64,000 bases of DNA from Cyanobacteria bacterium P01_D01_bin.156 (GTDB taxonomy: Bacteria; Cyanobacteriota; Cyanobacteriia; Phormidesmidales; Phormidesmidaceae). Made by a program: the position numbers and the translations under genes. The stretch spans positions 96,001-160,000 of the forward strand of contig JBCCQQ010000002.1 of assembly GCA_039024555.1 (NCBI GenBank). Reading direction: 5' to 3'. Positions 1 through 11,059 of the stretch are shown piece by piece (the stretch's first letter is position 1; the number at the start of each line of letters is the position of its first letter). The notes beneath the pieces were generated by a model, which did no database searches, had not been told where the DNA came from, and saw nothing but the letters and a program-made list of their open reading frames with translations.

Positions 1-12
1 CATCCCAGTTAT

Positions 13-1389
13 ATGGTGACGGCGTTGGTTGTAAGCGATACCGTATGCCTCAGTCTTGCGGGCATTGCCAGCGTTTATATTCGACTCTGGTTCAATGGCC
101 AGTACTCACCTTCGCTTTATTGGGAACTCTGGCCACTCATTGGTTTATTTGTACTTGGCTATGGTCTCTCAGGATTGTATCCAGGTCATTGCCTTGGTCC
201 TGTCGAAGAACTACGGCGGCTCACCCTAACGACGACACTGCTCTACTTAACCCTAGGTTCGGCAATCTTTCTGTTTCGAGATTTAGAACTCTATTCCCGA
301 GCAGCCTTTCTCATGGCCTGGGGTCTGTCCATTATTTTGCCCCTGCTAGGGCGCTACATATTACGCGCATTGGTGGCGAAACGTTCTTGGTGGGGCTACC
401 CAGTCCTAGTACTAGGAGCAGGAGAAACAGGAGCACTGGTCATTCGTACCCTGCAGCGCCAACCGGCTCTAGGATTAAAGCCTGTAGCCGTGCTCGATGA
501 TGATGTCAGCAAGCATGGCGTCCTAGAAGGAGTCCCCGTCATTGGGAATTTGGCCCAGGCACCTCTACTCGCCGATCGGGACCAAATTCCCTATGCCATT
601 GTGGCCATGCCAGGTGTGCATCGCGATCGCTTACTGTACATTGCCCAACGCTACGGTCGGGCATTTCCCCATCTGCTCATTATTCCCGATCTGTTTGGCA
701 TGGCTAGTCTTTGGGTTGCTGCCCGGGACCTGGGGGGTGTTTTGGGACTAGAGTCTCGACAACAGCTTTTGCTACCTGGCCCCAAATTCACGAAGAATTT
801 ACTGGACCAGTGCTTGACCGTCATTGTTGGCCTGGTTTGCCTACCGTTGATTGTGCTCATTGCTCTGGCCATTCGCCTCGATTCAACGGGACCCATTTTT
901 TATGCCCAAGTTCGGGTTGGCCGCCGGGGTCGCCCCTTTAGGGCTTGGAAATTTCGCACAATGGTGCCAAATGCGGATCAGGTTCTCAAAGACTATTTAC
1001 AAGATCGACCTGAATTACGTACACATTGGGATAAGGATCGAAAACTCAAATACGATCCTCGTATTACCCGTTTAGGGCGATGGCTACGACGCACGAGCCT
1101 AGACGAGCTCCCTCAACTCTGGAATGTTTTACGGGGAGAAATGAGTTTAGTAGGTCCTCGCCCCATCGTGCATGAAGAGGTTTACCTATATGCCGATAAG
1201 TTTGAACTCTATACCCAGGTCTTACCCGGTTTAACTGGCCTCTGGCAGGTGTCAGGACGCAATAACATCACCTATGAAGAACGGGTCAATTTGGATGCAT
1301 ACTACGTGCGTAACTGGTCGGTATGGTTAGACCTGTATATTCTTATTCGTACGGTTTGGGTGGTGATCCTTGGGGACGGCGCATATTAG
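13..1389 (+). CDS. Undecaprenyl-phosphate sugar-1-phosphate transferase (WbaP/WcaJ family, initiating glycosyltransferase); frame is open to the window edge, so the start may lie upstream
   Basis: N-terminal TM helices, VLVLGAG CoA-binding-like segment, C-terminal Bac_transf motifs KFRTM, DPRIT, SLDELPQLWNVLRGEMSLVGPRP, PGLTGLWQV. Confidence 0.9.
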   Translation: MVTALVVSDTVCLSLAGIASVYIRLWFNGQYSPSLYWELWPLIGLFVLGYGLSGLYPGHCLGPVEELRRLTLTTTLLYLTLGSAIFLFRDLELYSRAAFLMAWGLSIILPLLGRYILRALVAKRSWWGYPVLVLGAGETGALVIRTLQRQPALGLKPVAVLDDDVSKHGVLEGVPVIGNLAQAPLLADRDQIPYAIVAMPGVHRDRLLYIAQRYGRAFPHLLIIPDLFGMASLWVAARDLGGVLGLESRQQLLLPGPKFTKNLLDQCLTVIVGLVCLPLIVLIALAIRLDSTGPIFYAQVRVGRRGRPFRAWKFRTMVPNADQVLKDYLQDRPELRTHWDKDRKLKYDPRITRLGRWLRRTSLDELPQLWNVLRGEMSLVGPRPIVHEEVYLYADKFELYTQVLPGLTGLWQVSGRNNITYEERVNLDAYYVRNWSVWLDLYILIRTVWVVILGDGAY

Positions 1390-1486
1390 ATTCCCAAGGG
1401 CAGATCTCATACAATCAGCACCCAGCGCACAAACAATACTTTGATCAGACGAACAGTGCGTCGATCAAGCTCCTCAACATGAACTT

Positions 1487-2761
1487 ATGAGCCACCCTCA
1501 TCCAATCCAGCCTAGAAATAAGCTACTCGCTACATTGCATTTTGCCGCTGGGAAACCTGAATGGATTTGGATTACGGCATTGATTATCTTGCCATTTGCC
1601 AGCTATCTCAGCCTGGCTATTTTGATCGCTTTGATACTCGGAGCTCTGGGAAAACGCTACGGTCAAGTGTTGCGTTTGTTAGGCCACCAGGGTTATGGTT
1701 TGCTCACCCTAGGCCTGGTTTTCAGTGCCGGGTTTTCAGTAAGTCCTGGTGATAGTTGGTTACAGCTCGCTAATTTTCTACCCTACTTTTTGCTCGTGGG
1801 TGTGTTAGCTACGGCTCCCCGCTGGCAATACCAAACAGTCTTCACCAATGCCGCCAAAGCTTTAGTGTTGGGCTCTCTCCCCTTTAGTATTGCGGCCCTG
1901 ATTGAATACATTGTTCGATTTCCCTCCGTCACTGCCAAGGTGAGAGATTGGCCAATTTTCCACTGGATCTTTGACGTCAGTTTTAATGGCCATCGGGCCC
2001 ATGCAGGTCTGAGTCATCCCAATATCTTGGGTAATTACCTAGTGATTATTTTGGGATTAGGGCTAGGTTTGTTGCTACTGAACCGCCATGCTCGCACCCA
2101 ATTATCTCAGTCGATGACGGCTCTAGTCGCAGTTGCTGTCACCTTGGCTGGGATGGGAATTTTCTTTACCAGCTCTCGAAATAGTCTGATCGCCGCCGTT
2201 GCTTTATTACTGATTGCGGGCTATGGGGCACGGCGATATCGATGGATGTGGCTAGTTGGGTTTGGGATTGTGGGAGCGATCGCAACCGGGTTAGCCATCA
2301 TGGGGTTTGGCGGTCGTGCTCTTACTCTGGCCCTCTTTACCAATGACCCTCGGGTCACCGCTTGGCAAATTGCCCTAGAGCTGATTCAGCAGCGGCCCCT
2401 CGTCGGCTGGGGATTAGGCGGTTTTAGCCATGAATATGTGCCCTTTAGCGTCACCGATCATGAACGGCTATTTCATCCTCATAATCTTTGGCTTTATCTA
2501 GCCTGTGATACCGGCATACCCACTATGCTGCTGGCCTGCTGGGTGATCGGACGTACCTATGTATCGGGCATCCGTCGTGCTCTATCCAGCTCCACACCGA
2601 CCATTCTCCTCAGCTACTTACTGGCCTTTACCGGATGCATCTTATTTGCTCTATTTGATGTCACCTTATTTGATGCTCGCATTAACGTTTTGAGCTGGTT
2701 CTTAGTAGCCGGTATGGGCATTTTGGCTGGCCAAAATGCTCAACAGCCAACGGCTAAATAA
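1487..2761 (+). CDS. O-antigen ligase/polymerase (Wzy_C) family membrane protein
   Basis: Many TM helices; HPN, TSSRN, RPLVGWGLGGF and HPHNLWL motifs. Confidence 0.8.
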   Translation: MSHPHPIQPRNKLLATLHFAAGKPEWIWITALIILPFASYLSLAILIALILGALGKRYGQVLRLLGHQGYGLLTLGLVFSAGFSVSPGDSWLQLANFLPYFLLVGVLATAPRWQYQTVFTNAAKALVLGSLPFSIAALIEYIVRFPSVTAKVRDWPIFHWIFDVSFNGHRAHAGLSHPNILGNYLVIILGLGLGLLLLNRHARTQLSQSMTALVAVAVTLAGMGIFFTSSRNSLIAAVALLLIAGYGARRYRWMWLVGFGIVGAIATGLAIMGFGGRALTLALFTNDPRVTAWQIALELIQQRPLVGWGLGGFSHEYVPFSVTDHERLFHPHNLWLYLACDTGIPTMLLACWVIGRTYVSGIRRALSSSTPTILLSYLLAFTGCILFALFDVTLFDARINVLSWFLVAGMGILAGQNAQQPTAK

Positions 2762-2860
2762 GCCGTCATGGTTGACCCATGACGGCTTATTTAGCCACCC
2801 TAAATTCTGACTAAAGCGAGGGGTCGACCCAGGTTGCAATCTAGGTCGGCCCCTCGCTTT
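2752..2860. terminator. Two adjacent long hairpins (2752-2796 and 2813-2860) between the convergent ligase gene and petL
   Basis: Perfect 20-bp arms ggctaaataagccgtcatgg/ccatgacggcttatttagcc; second hairpin aaagcgaggggtcgacc/ggtcggcccctcgcttt. Confidence 0.65.
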
Positions 2861-2918
2861 GTAAGTAATAAAACTCTACCTTAACTAGCCTAGGAGTATG
2901 GCAGATCTAAACGGTGTT

Positions 2919-3014
2919 CTAGATTAACTTCACAGCCTTTAAACCATAGTAAAGACCAATGCCAGCACCTGCCGCACCAAACAAAATGACCAAATAAACC
3001 GCTGCTCCAGCCAT
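2919..3014 (-). CDS. petL: Cytochrome b6f subunit VI (PetL), 31 aa, not in the ORF track
   Basis: Manual translation MAGAAVYLVILFGAAGAGIGLYYGLKAVKLI: single TM helix ending in the PetL-typical KxxKLI; AAGGAG RBS upstream. Confidence 0.8.
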   Translation of the reverse strand: MAGAAVYLVILFGAAGAGIGLYYGLKAVKLI

Positions 3015-3189
3015 CACCAAACTCCTTATTAAAAAGAAAAAAAGCTGTATAGCTTCTTATTGAATCATGTTCATCGACGGTTTGTCCTCCAGAGAACATT
3101 GGTTATGTCAGCTATGCACCACGCTCAATGTGAACCTCTGGGGCTAGAATGGAAAACCTAGCAATTTTTCGGTCATACAGGAACAGCTC

Positions 3190-4593
3190 ATGAGCAAGGG
3201 CACGCTATTCGATAAAGTTTGGGATTTGCACACAGTCACCACCTTACCGTCTGGGCAGACTCAGCTTTTTATCGGTCTGCACCTGATCCACGAGGTCACG
3301 AGTCCCCAAGCCTTTGCCATGCTGCGCGATCGCAACCTAAAGGTGATGTTTCCTGAGCGCACTGTCGCGACCGTTGACCACATTGTCCCAACAGAGAATC
3401 AGGCTAGACCCTTTGCTGATAGCCTCGCGGAGGACATGATCGTTGCGCTGGAAAATAATACCAAGACAAACGATATTCCCTTTTTTAATGTGGGGTCTGG
3501 CAACCAGGGCATCGTCCATGTAATTGCCCCGGAACAAGGGCTGACACAGCCCGGTATGACCATCGCCTGTGGTGATAGTCACACGTCTACCCATGGTGCT
3601 TTTGGGGCGATCGCCTTCGGCATTGGTACCAGTCAGGTACGTGATGTGCTAGCCTCCCAAACCCTTTCCCTAGATAAGCTCAAAGTTCGCCGCATTGAGG
3701 TCAATGGCTCTTTAGCCCCCGGTGTTTATGCCAAAGACGTTATTCTGCACATCATTCGTGCCCTAGGAGCAAAAGGTGGAGCGGGCTATGCCTACGAGTA
3801 TGCTGGCAGCGCCATTGAAGCCATGTCCATGGAAGAGCGCATGACCCTCTGCAATATGTCTATTGAAGGGGGTGCCCGCTGCGGTTACGTCAATCCAGAC
3901 CAAACTACCTACAGCTACCTAAAGAAACGTAAATTTGCCCCCCAAGGCAATACTTTTGAGCAGGCTGTCACCTGGTGGGAAAGTTTGCGTAGCGATGCAG
4001 ACGCCACCTACGACGATGTTGTTGTATTCAACGCCCAAGACATTGCCCCCACAGTGACCTGGGGCATCAGCCCCGACCAGGCTATTGGCGTTGACGAAAC
4101 CATTCCCCAACTGGCCTCATTTACCCCAGATGAGCAACCACTGATTCAAGAAGCCTACGCTTACATGGATCTTGCCCCTGGACAGCCTCTACTAGATACC
4201 CCCATCGATGTCTGTTTTATCGGCAGCTGCACCAATGGTCGGATTAGCGACCTGAGGGAAGCCGCCAAAGTCGCCCAAGGGCGTCATGTGGCTAAGGGTA
4301 TCAAAGCTTTTGTCGTATCTGGTTCAGAGCAGGTCAAGCAGCAAGCTGAATCCGAAGGGTTAGACAAGATTTTTCTCGAAGCCGGATTTGAATGGAGGGA
4401 GCCTGGGTGCTCCATGTGTCTGGCAATGAACCCCGATAAACTTCAGGGGCGTCAGATCAGCGCCTCATCCTCAAATCGCAACTTCAAGGGACGACAAGGG
4501 TCTGCTTCGGGCCGCACCCTACTCATGAGTCCAGCCATGGTGACCCTGGCAGCCATTAATGGCAAAGTTAGCGATGTTCGCAGTTTGCTGTAA
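3190..4593 (+). CDS. leuC: 3-isopropylmalate dehydratase large subunit
   Basis: [37 protein letters not shown] motifs. Confidence 0.97.
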   Translation: MSKGTLFDKVWDLHTVTTLPSGQTQLFIGLHLIHEVTSPQAFAMLRDRNLKVMFPERTVATVDHIVPTENQARPFADSLAEDMIVALENNTKTNDIPFFNVGSGNQGIVHVIAPEQGLTQPGMTIACGDSHTSTHGAFGAIAFGIGTSQVRDVLASQTLSLDKLKVRRIEVNGSLAPGVYAKDVILHIIRALGAKGGAGYAYEYAGSAIEAMSMEERMTLCNMSIEGGARCGYVNPDQTTYSYLKKRKFAPQGNTFEQAVTWWESLRSDADATYDDVVVFNAQDIAPTVTWGISPDQAIGVDETIPQLASFTPDEQPLIQEAYAYMDLAPGQPLLDTPIDVCFIGSCTNGRISDLREAAKVAQGRHVAKGIKAFVVSGSEQVKQQAESEGLDKIFLEAGFEWREPGCSMCLAMNPDKLQGRQISASSSNRNFKGRQGSASGRTLLMSPAMVTLAAINGKVSDVRSLL

Positions 4594-4957
4594 GACATTC
4601 TGAACTGACACAACAATGTAAGCTGTAGGCCAGTCTGATTTTTTCATCTGGTCACATGTGAATCCTTAGGTCAAAAGGTTTTCCTTTTCTTAACCTTTTG
4701 ATTATCTGGCGTTAATTTTTGCCCTTAATCATGCCAGTAATATCGACTAAGCGAGCATTGATTAACAGAAACTGCTGAGTCGAAGCATAGCTCTAGTTTT
4801 TTTTTGAAGTCGATGGCTATGCGTTGGGCTTGAAGGAGTGTGCTGGCAAGCAGCATTACTACTTTTTTAATTGGCAGCGTTATTAAACACTGTAATTAGT
4901 GAAAATACGTGTCTGCTATCGATTGCTCCATAGCATCATAAGGGCCTAGGTTTTTCT

Positions 4958-5617
4958 ATGTCAGTATCTCAGCTAACCCACAGAACTCGGTCATCCGACC
5001 AATATATCGCCCTACTCGAACAGCTGTATCACGAGCGTAACTTAACGCCGTTTACAGCAGGGCATAGTATCCCTCTTAGGCATGGTGAGATTTATATTAT
5101 TTGCCGAGGTATTGTTCAACTTCACACCATCCATCCTGACGGTAGTGAAACTCTTTTAGGATTAGCAGGCCCTTCCATGCCATTTGGCCTAAGTTTGACA
5201 AATGTTAGTCCATATTGGGCAACTGCACTGACTCAAGTAGATGTTCTTCCACTTTCCATTGCGGAGTTAGAGAATTCTCCCACATTAATGGCAGGGTTAT
5301 TTGCCCATCTCTCAAGACGGTTACAGCAGTCCGAAGCTTGGCTGGCTCTGTCAGGTAAGCGTCTGGTAGCGGATCGCCTGAGGCAGCTTTTAATCATGCT
5401 TGCCCAGGAATTTGGTCAGGTTGAAACCCAAGGTGTAAAACTCACGATTCGGCTGACTCATCATCAGTTAGCAACCGCCATTGGCACAACCCGAGTGACC
5501 GTAACGCGTTTATTGAGAGACTTTCGTAGGGAAGGATGGCTCAAGGTTAATCAGCGGTACTTAATTCTGCCCTTGAGTATGCTTAACGACACTGTAGGTA
5601 ACCGCGATAGATTATGA
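4958..5617 (+). CDS. Crp/Fnr family transcriptional regulator (CysR-like, short cNMP domain)
   Basis: C-terminal HTH LTHHQLATAIGTTRVTVTRLL; cNMP-like beta-barrel segment. Confidence 0.85.
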   Translation: MSVSQLTHRTRSSDQYIALLEQLYHERNLTPFTAGHSIPLRHGEIYIICRGIVQLHTIHPDGSETLLGLAGPSMPFGLSLTNVSPYWATALTQVDVLPLSIAELENSPTLMAGLFAHLSRRLQQSEAWLALSGKRLVADRLRQLLIMLAQEFGQVETQGVKLTIRLTHHQLATAIGTTRVTVTRLLRDFRREGWLKVNQRYLILPLSMLNDTVGNRDRL

Positions 5618-5648
5618 AACTGCCCATAGTGAGGGGGTTGTTGACTAT

Positions 5649-5692
5649 TTAGTTGCAAGAATACAAGGCATTAGTTGCAAGAATACAAGGCA
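5649..5692. repeat. Exact 22-bp tandem duplication ttagttgcaagaatacaaggca x2
   Basis: Read directly: 5649-5670 and 5671-5692. Confidence 0.9.
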
Positions 5693-6179
5693 CACGAGGT
5701 ATTTAGCGGTCTGCTAGGTACCTTTTTTATTATTTCGATGCAAGATGTCGCTATCAAAATTGATTAACGACATCCTGCCATGTTCAACAAAATGAACAAT
5801 TCACCTAGGCTTAAGAGTTAACGCAGAGATATAAAGCCTAGTCAATTATTTGTCCTTAAAACCAGACTTCCCTTGAGGACCGGTGATACTCTGTGTAGCC
5901 ATAGCCACACCTTAAAGCTCAATTATTTATATTGCGATCTTCTAATCAAACAACTCAATTTGGGTAGTGAATTATTTAGCTGCTTAAGTTAAGCTGTCCC
6001 AAATAGGTCAAAATTGAGCTAATTTTTCCAAAAACTCGCTAGACATTTCACCATCAGGAATAGCTGAAAACGTTGGAAGCAAGTCATTGACTTGAGTCGT
6101 GGATTTTTAGTATCTATGGCTGCTTCTCTGCATCTATAGATACCGCCACCGAAACTATCACATCAAGCATTTATTTTTT

Positions 6180-7994
6180 ATGTTAACTACATCGCAACCT
6201 ACCATTGCCTTGGAGAAATTCGCTGCAAAGATTCACCCTCTCTTAAACCGTGTTTATAGTTCAGAACAAATTGATGCCCTATTGCCACGGCTGTTTGATC
6301 TGACTAAGGAGCACCTTAAAGCTCATTCTCGCGAGGATTTGGGCAAATGGGATCAAGATAAGGTCTTACTGATCACCTATGGGGATAGCATCTGTGGTGA
6401 GGACACATCTCCCTTACAAACGCTGCATCAGTTCCTCAATGCCTATCTGGCTGACACAGTAACGGGAGTACACATTCTGCCATTCTTCCCTTACAGCTCT
6501 GATGATGGCTTTGCAGTTATTGATTTTTTAGAGGTCAATCCCGAGTTGGGTAACTGGGCTGATGTGGAAGCCATCGGACGTAATTTCAATCTTATGTTTG
6601 ATCTGGTAGCCAACCATGTTTCTAGCCAGAGTGATTGGTTTGAACAATTCAAACGGAACCAACGCCCGGGCCGAGATTACTTTATTAACTTGCCAGAAGA
6701 CACATCTACAGCAGATGTTGTCAGGCCCCGCAGCAGCCCGTTACTGACACCTGTAGACACAAGTGAAGGGGTAAAACATGTTTGGACCACCTTTAGTGCG
6801 GACCAGGTGGATTTAGACTATGGCAATCCAGATGTTTTCTTGGAATTTGTCAAAATTATTCTGGAATATGTTCGCCACGGTGCCAGATATATTCGGCTCG
6901 ATGCTGTGGGCTTCTTATGGAAGTCGCTGGGCACCTGCTGTATTCATTTGCCCGAAACCCATGCCATTATCCAAGCTTTTCGGGAAATTCTACAGATGGT
7001 GGATCCCGGCGTTGCCCTAATTACTGAGACCAATGTGCCTAATCGCGAAAATCTCAGCTATTTTGGAGATCGCAACGAAGCCCATATGATCTACAACTTC
7101 AGCCTGCCACCTCTGCTGCTAAACGCACTGATGCAAGGCCGGGCTGATCACCTCAAAACGTGGATGATGAGCATGCCACCGGCTCCCATCGGCTGCGCCT
7201 ACTTTAACTTCACCGCATCCCACGATGGCATTGGTCTGCGCCCTACCGAAGGATTGCTAGAGGCTGAAGAATTTGACACTCTGATCAACACCATGCGGAG
7301 CTTTGGTGCCAAAATCAGCATGCGGAGCAAAGCCGACGGTAGCGAATCTCCCTACGAAATCAATATTTCCCTATTTGACGCTTGCAAAGGTACCGCTAAA
7401 GGCCTTGACCAATGGCAGATCGAACGCTTTCTATGTTCTCAAACGGTCATGATGTCTTTGGAGGGCATCCCTGCCTTTTACATTCATAGCCTTTTAGCTA
7501 CACCCAATGATGTAGAAGGGATGAAAGCCACGGGACGCAATCGCTCCATCAATCGCCACGGTTGGGACAAAAAACGTCTGGATACCCTGTTACAGGATCC
7601 CAAATCCCCTCAGGCGATCGTGTTAAAAGAATTATCACGACTCATAAAAATTCGTCGTCAGCAAAAAGCCTTTCATCCAAACGCCACCCATTACACTCTG
7701 CATCCTCAAAACCCTGCGATCCTGGCTTTTTGGCGTCAAAGTATCGCCCGCGATCAGAGTATTTTTTCCATTCATAACCTCAGCGATCAGCCTCACAAGC
7801 TCGATTTCAACGAACTCAATCTGGTGAACACTGACAGTTGGATGGACCTGATTAGTGGTGAACAGTTTGAGAATCTACACACTATTTACAACCTACAGCC
7901 CTATCAATCCATTTGGCTAACGAACCATCCTTACTACGACCGCAGCAAAACTCCTGATCATCGAGATCTTGAATTTCTCTACGAGCCCGAATAG
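6180..7994 (+). CDS. GH13_18 sugar phosphorylase, probably glucosylglycerate phosphorylase
   Basis: LITYGD, GVHILPFFP, RLDAVGF, ITETNVP, ASHDGIG, YEIN motifs. Confidence 0.8.
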   Translation: MLTTSQPTIALEKFAAKIHPLLNRVYSSEQIDALLPRLFDLTKEHLKAHSREDLGKWDQDKVLLITYGDSICGEDTSPLQTLHQFLNAYLADTVTGVHILPFFPYSSDDGFAVIDFLEVNPELGNWADVEAIGRNFNLMFDLVANHVSSQSDWFEQFKRNQRPGRDYFINLPEDTSTADVVRPRSSPLLTPVDTSEGVKHVWTTFSADQVDLDYGNPDVFLEFVKIILEYVRHGARYIRLDAVGFLWKSLGTCCIHLPETHAIIQAFREILQMVDPGVALITETNVPNRENLSYFGDRNEAHMIYNFSLPPLLLNALMQGRADHLKTWMMSMPPAPIGCAYFNFTASHDGIGLRPTEGLLEAEEFDTLINTMRSFGAKISMRSKADGSESPYEINISLFDACKGTAKGLDQWQIERFLCSQTVMMSLEGIPAFYIHSLLATPNDVEGMKATGRNRSINRHGWDKKRLDTLLQDPKSPQAIVLKELSRLIKIRRQQKAFHPNATHYTLHPQNPAILAFWRQSIARDQSIFSIHNLSDQPHKLDFNELNLVNTDSWMDLISGEQFENLHTIYNLQPYQSIWLTNHPYYDRSKTPDHRDLEFLYEPE

Positions 7995-8251
7995 TCCGTC
8001 AATTCGAGCGTAGGTCAAGCTCCACATTTAATCCTCCTTGGTGACAGATTGGTGACCAAGGGGGGTTGCTAATCCATCCATACTTTTACTGCCCTTAACT
8101 ACCTGATAATCACCTGTTAATACATCTGGGAGCAAGTTAGCATGGTCAACTTGTAAAAGGGTGTATCAACTCAATTATATTTTCGAACAAAGAGACTGCT
8201 ACATGTCTCACAAATCGGTTTATCCTCTAAATCAGCAATTACATTTTCCCT

Positions 8252-8851
8252 ATGGCTCAGACAATCTCCAAAATCACATCTGTTAGCGGTCGTGGCATTC
8301 CCTTATTGGGCAACGATATTGATACTGACCGCATCATTCCAGCTCGATTTCTACGATGTGTCACATTTGATGGATTAGGGGAGAATGTCTTTGCTGATGA
8401 TCGAACTGGAGGAAATCACCCATTCGATACTCCCCAGTATCAGGGGGCCAAAATTCTCGTGGTCAACAGTAATTTTGGCTGTGGTTCATCTCGTGAGCAC
8501 GCTCCTCAAGCGATTATGCGCTGGGGTATTGGAGCCATTATTGGAGAAAGTTTTGCAGAAATCTTTTTGGGTAACTGTGTAGCGATTGGGATGCCCTGCG
8601 CCACAGCAACATCTGAACTTGTTGCCCAACTACAGACATTGATCACCCACTCACCTGAGACTGATCTCACTCTGGACCTAGAAACTTCAACGGTTTCCGA
8701 TGGTACACAGACACACCCGGTCACCTTTAAAGCAGGCAACCGGCAGATGTTGATTAATGGCACTTGGGATGCCTGCGGTCAGCTTCTACAACATTCTGAG
8801 CAAGTTAAGGCAACCGCAAACAAGCTACCCTATGTAGCCTGGAGTCGTTAG
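8252..8851 (+). CDS. leuD: 3-isopropylmalate dehydratase small subunit
   Basis: [13 protein letters not shown] and [11 protein letters not shown] motifs. Confidence 0.97.
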   Translation: MAQTISKITSVSGRGIPLLGNDIDTDRIIPARFLRCVTFDGLGENVFADDRTGGNHPFDTPQYQGAKILVVNSNFGCGSSREHAPQAIMRWGIGAIIGESFAEIFLGNCVAIGMPCATATSELVAQLQTLITHSPETDLTLDLETSTVSDGTQTHPVTFKAGNRQMLINGTWDACGQLLQHSEQVKATANKLPYVAWSR

Positions 8852-8876
8852 AACACAGCCTGGATCTCACCTGGTA

Positions 8877-10661
8877 TTAAGACCCCGTAGTAATTTCTCG
8901 ATGGATATTGTTTGCTCCCGAGCAAACAATGCCGCGCTTCGCATCTACGGTGACAATAGTGCCATCACGAATAATATCGGTAGCATCAGTGACACCGACC
9001 AAAACAGGAATCCCTAAACGTAGGCCTAGCACAGCCGCATGGCCCGTAGGACTAGAATCTTCAGTAACAATACCGCCAGCGTGGCGAATCAAATCGACAT
9101 AGTCGGCGCTGGTACTAGAAACCACTAAAATTTCACCAGGATTAAAGTTGCTAGCCATTAAGGCTTTATCCAAAACACGGGCTCGACCACTGACTACACC
9201 TTCACCAATCCCCTTACCATGACCTAAAACAGCGGTCACTAGCTCTACTTTAATTAAGTCGGTTGAACCCGACACACCTTGCAATGTACCAGCGGTCATG
9301 ACCACTAGGTCACCGTCATGTAGGAGTTCTTTTTCCTGAGCAACATTAACAGCGGATTGAAAGGTTTGATTGCTGGAGGGTAAGTCAACCACTAATAAAG
9401 GCTTTACTCCCCAAACTAGCTGCAGGCGACGCGCTACCTCCACATGGGGAGTCACAGCCAGAATCGGAGTACGAGGACGAAACTTCGATACATTTCGGGC
9501 CGTGGCGCCAGTTTTAGTCAAAGACATAATGGCGGCTGCATCCAACTGGGATGCAATTTGTCCCACCGCACGACTAATGGCATTGGGAATCGTACGACTA
9601 TTGGTAGTCTCCAAAGAGTTTCGGGTGATTTTTTCCCGCTCCGTCCGTTTAGCAATGGTGGCCATGGTAGCAACGGCCTCCACAGGGTATTCACCTACAG
9701 CGGTTTCGTTGGAGAGCATGACAGCATCTGTACCATCCAGAATGGCATTGGCTACGTCAGAGACCTCGGCTCGAGTAGGGCGAGGGTTACTGACCATGCT
9801 GTCTAACATCTGAGTTGCCGTAATCACTGGAATACCTAAACGATTAGCCGTCGCAATCAGCCGCTTTTGCAAAATTGGCACATCTTCAGCAGGTAGCTCC
9901 ACACCTAAATCGCCTCGAGCGACCATCACACCGTCAGACAGAGACAGAATCGCCTCCATTTGTTCGATGGCTTCGTGTTTTTCAATTTTGACAATGACCG
10001 GCACCCGCTTACCAGCATTGGCAATAATTTCTTTAATCTCAAGGACATCTTGGGGATTACGCACAAAGCTGAGGGCCACCCAATCTACGCCTTGATCCAA
10101 ACCAAATGCTAGGTCAACTTTATCCTTGTCGGTCAACGCTTTAATAGACAGGTATACACCTGGGAAGTTAACGCCTTTGCTGTTAGAGAGCTTGCCACCA
10201 ACCACCACATCACAGTGGAGCTCGCGCTTTTCCATGTCCTTACCCACCACGCGCATCTCTACCTTACCGTCGTCCAGCAGGATAGTTGCATCAAGGGGTA
10301 CTTCTTCTACAAGCGGGTCATAGGTTACAGAGCTAATCGTTTGGGTGCCAGGCAGTTTGCGACTGGTCAACGTAAAGCTATCACCCGTTTTAAGCCGAAT
10401 AGAGCCATCCTCAAACTTACCTAGACGAATTTTTGGCCCCTGCAAATCTTGAAGAATACCAACAGGCTGATTGAGCTCAAAGGAGATTTGACGAATTAAC
10501 CGAATACTGCGCTGATGATCATCATGGGTCCCATGGGAAAAGTTCAAACGCAGGGTGGTGGCACCGGCTTCAATCAGCGATCGCAACGTAGTAGGATCCT
10601 GGGTAGCCGGACCAATAGTGGATACGATTTTAGTCCGCCGCAGGGCGTGGCGCAGTGGCAT
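8877..10661 (-). CDS. pyk: Pyruvate kinase with C-terminal PEP-utilising mobile domain
   Basis: RTKIVSTIGP, RLNFSHG, DLQGPKIR, MVARGDLG, ATQMLDSM; C-terminal extension with TGHAA. Confidence 0.97.
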   Translation of the reverse strand: MPLRHALRRTKIVSTIGPATQDPTTLRSLIEAGATTLRLNFSHGTHDDHQRSIRLIRQISFELNQPVGILQDLQGPKIRLGKFEDGSIRLKTGDSFTLTSRKLPGTQTISSVTYDPLVEEVPLDATILLDDGKVEMRVVGKDMEKRELHCDVVVGGKLSNSKGVNFPGVYLSIKALTDKDKVDLAFGLDQGVDWVALSFVRNPQDVLEIKEIIANAGKRVPVIVKIEKHEAIEQMEAILSLSDGVMVARGDLGVELPAEDVPILQKRLIATANRLGIPVITATQMLDSMVSNPRPTRAEVSDVANAILDGTDAVMLSNETAVGEYPVEAVATMATIAKRTEREKITRNSLETTNSRTIPNAISRAVGQIASQLDAAAIMSLTKTGATARNVSKFRPRTPILAVTPHVEVARRLQLVWGVKPLLVVDLPSSNQTFQSAVNVAQEKELLHDGDLVVMTAGTLQGVSGSTDLIKVELVTAVLGHGKGIGEGVVSGRARVLDKALMASNFNPGEILVVSSTSADYVDLIRHAGGIVTEDSSPTGHAAVLGLRLGIPVLVGVTDATDIIRDGTIVTVDAKRGIVCSGANNIHREITTGS

Positions 10662-11059
10662 AGTGCTTTGTCCGTGGGATAGCCGTTAGTGGGTTAATGA
10701 TATCCAGTAGAAATCAATATTGTTTCTGCAATGAAAAACAACAGTTCTGGATACGAATATGTGTTAGGCAAACCACCGGATACTATCATGCCAGGGCTCG
10801 CTTCCGCTTCACCCCCTTGTACTGCCTAGTCTTTACACGATTGAAATCTGAGAGTCACAAAAATCTTGGATACCTATGGAAATTTTCACATCCTTACTTT
10901 CCTGCAAGAAATTTCCCTACAACCATTGAATTCCAAGGAAGTTCAGACCCCATTCGATTCCGCAATAGATGTAACGCGTAAATGAGATAACGTCACAAAA
11001 CTTTATTGTTCCCTCTAGGTAGCGTATACTTCGAAACATAGGTGTGAAGGAGTATTACT

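Noticed and set aside
2890..3099. 69-aa minus-strand ORF in the track
   Set aside because: Alternative frame over petL, which has the RBS and a recognisable protein signature.
5649..5692. 22-bp duplication as an IS target-site duplication or CRISPR remnant
   Set aside because: The copies are directly adjacent with no spacer or element; simple slippage is sufficient.
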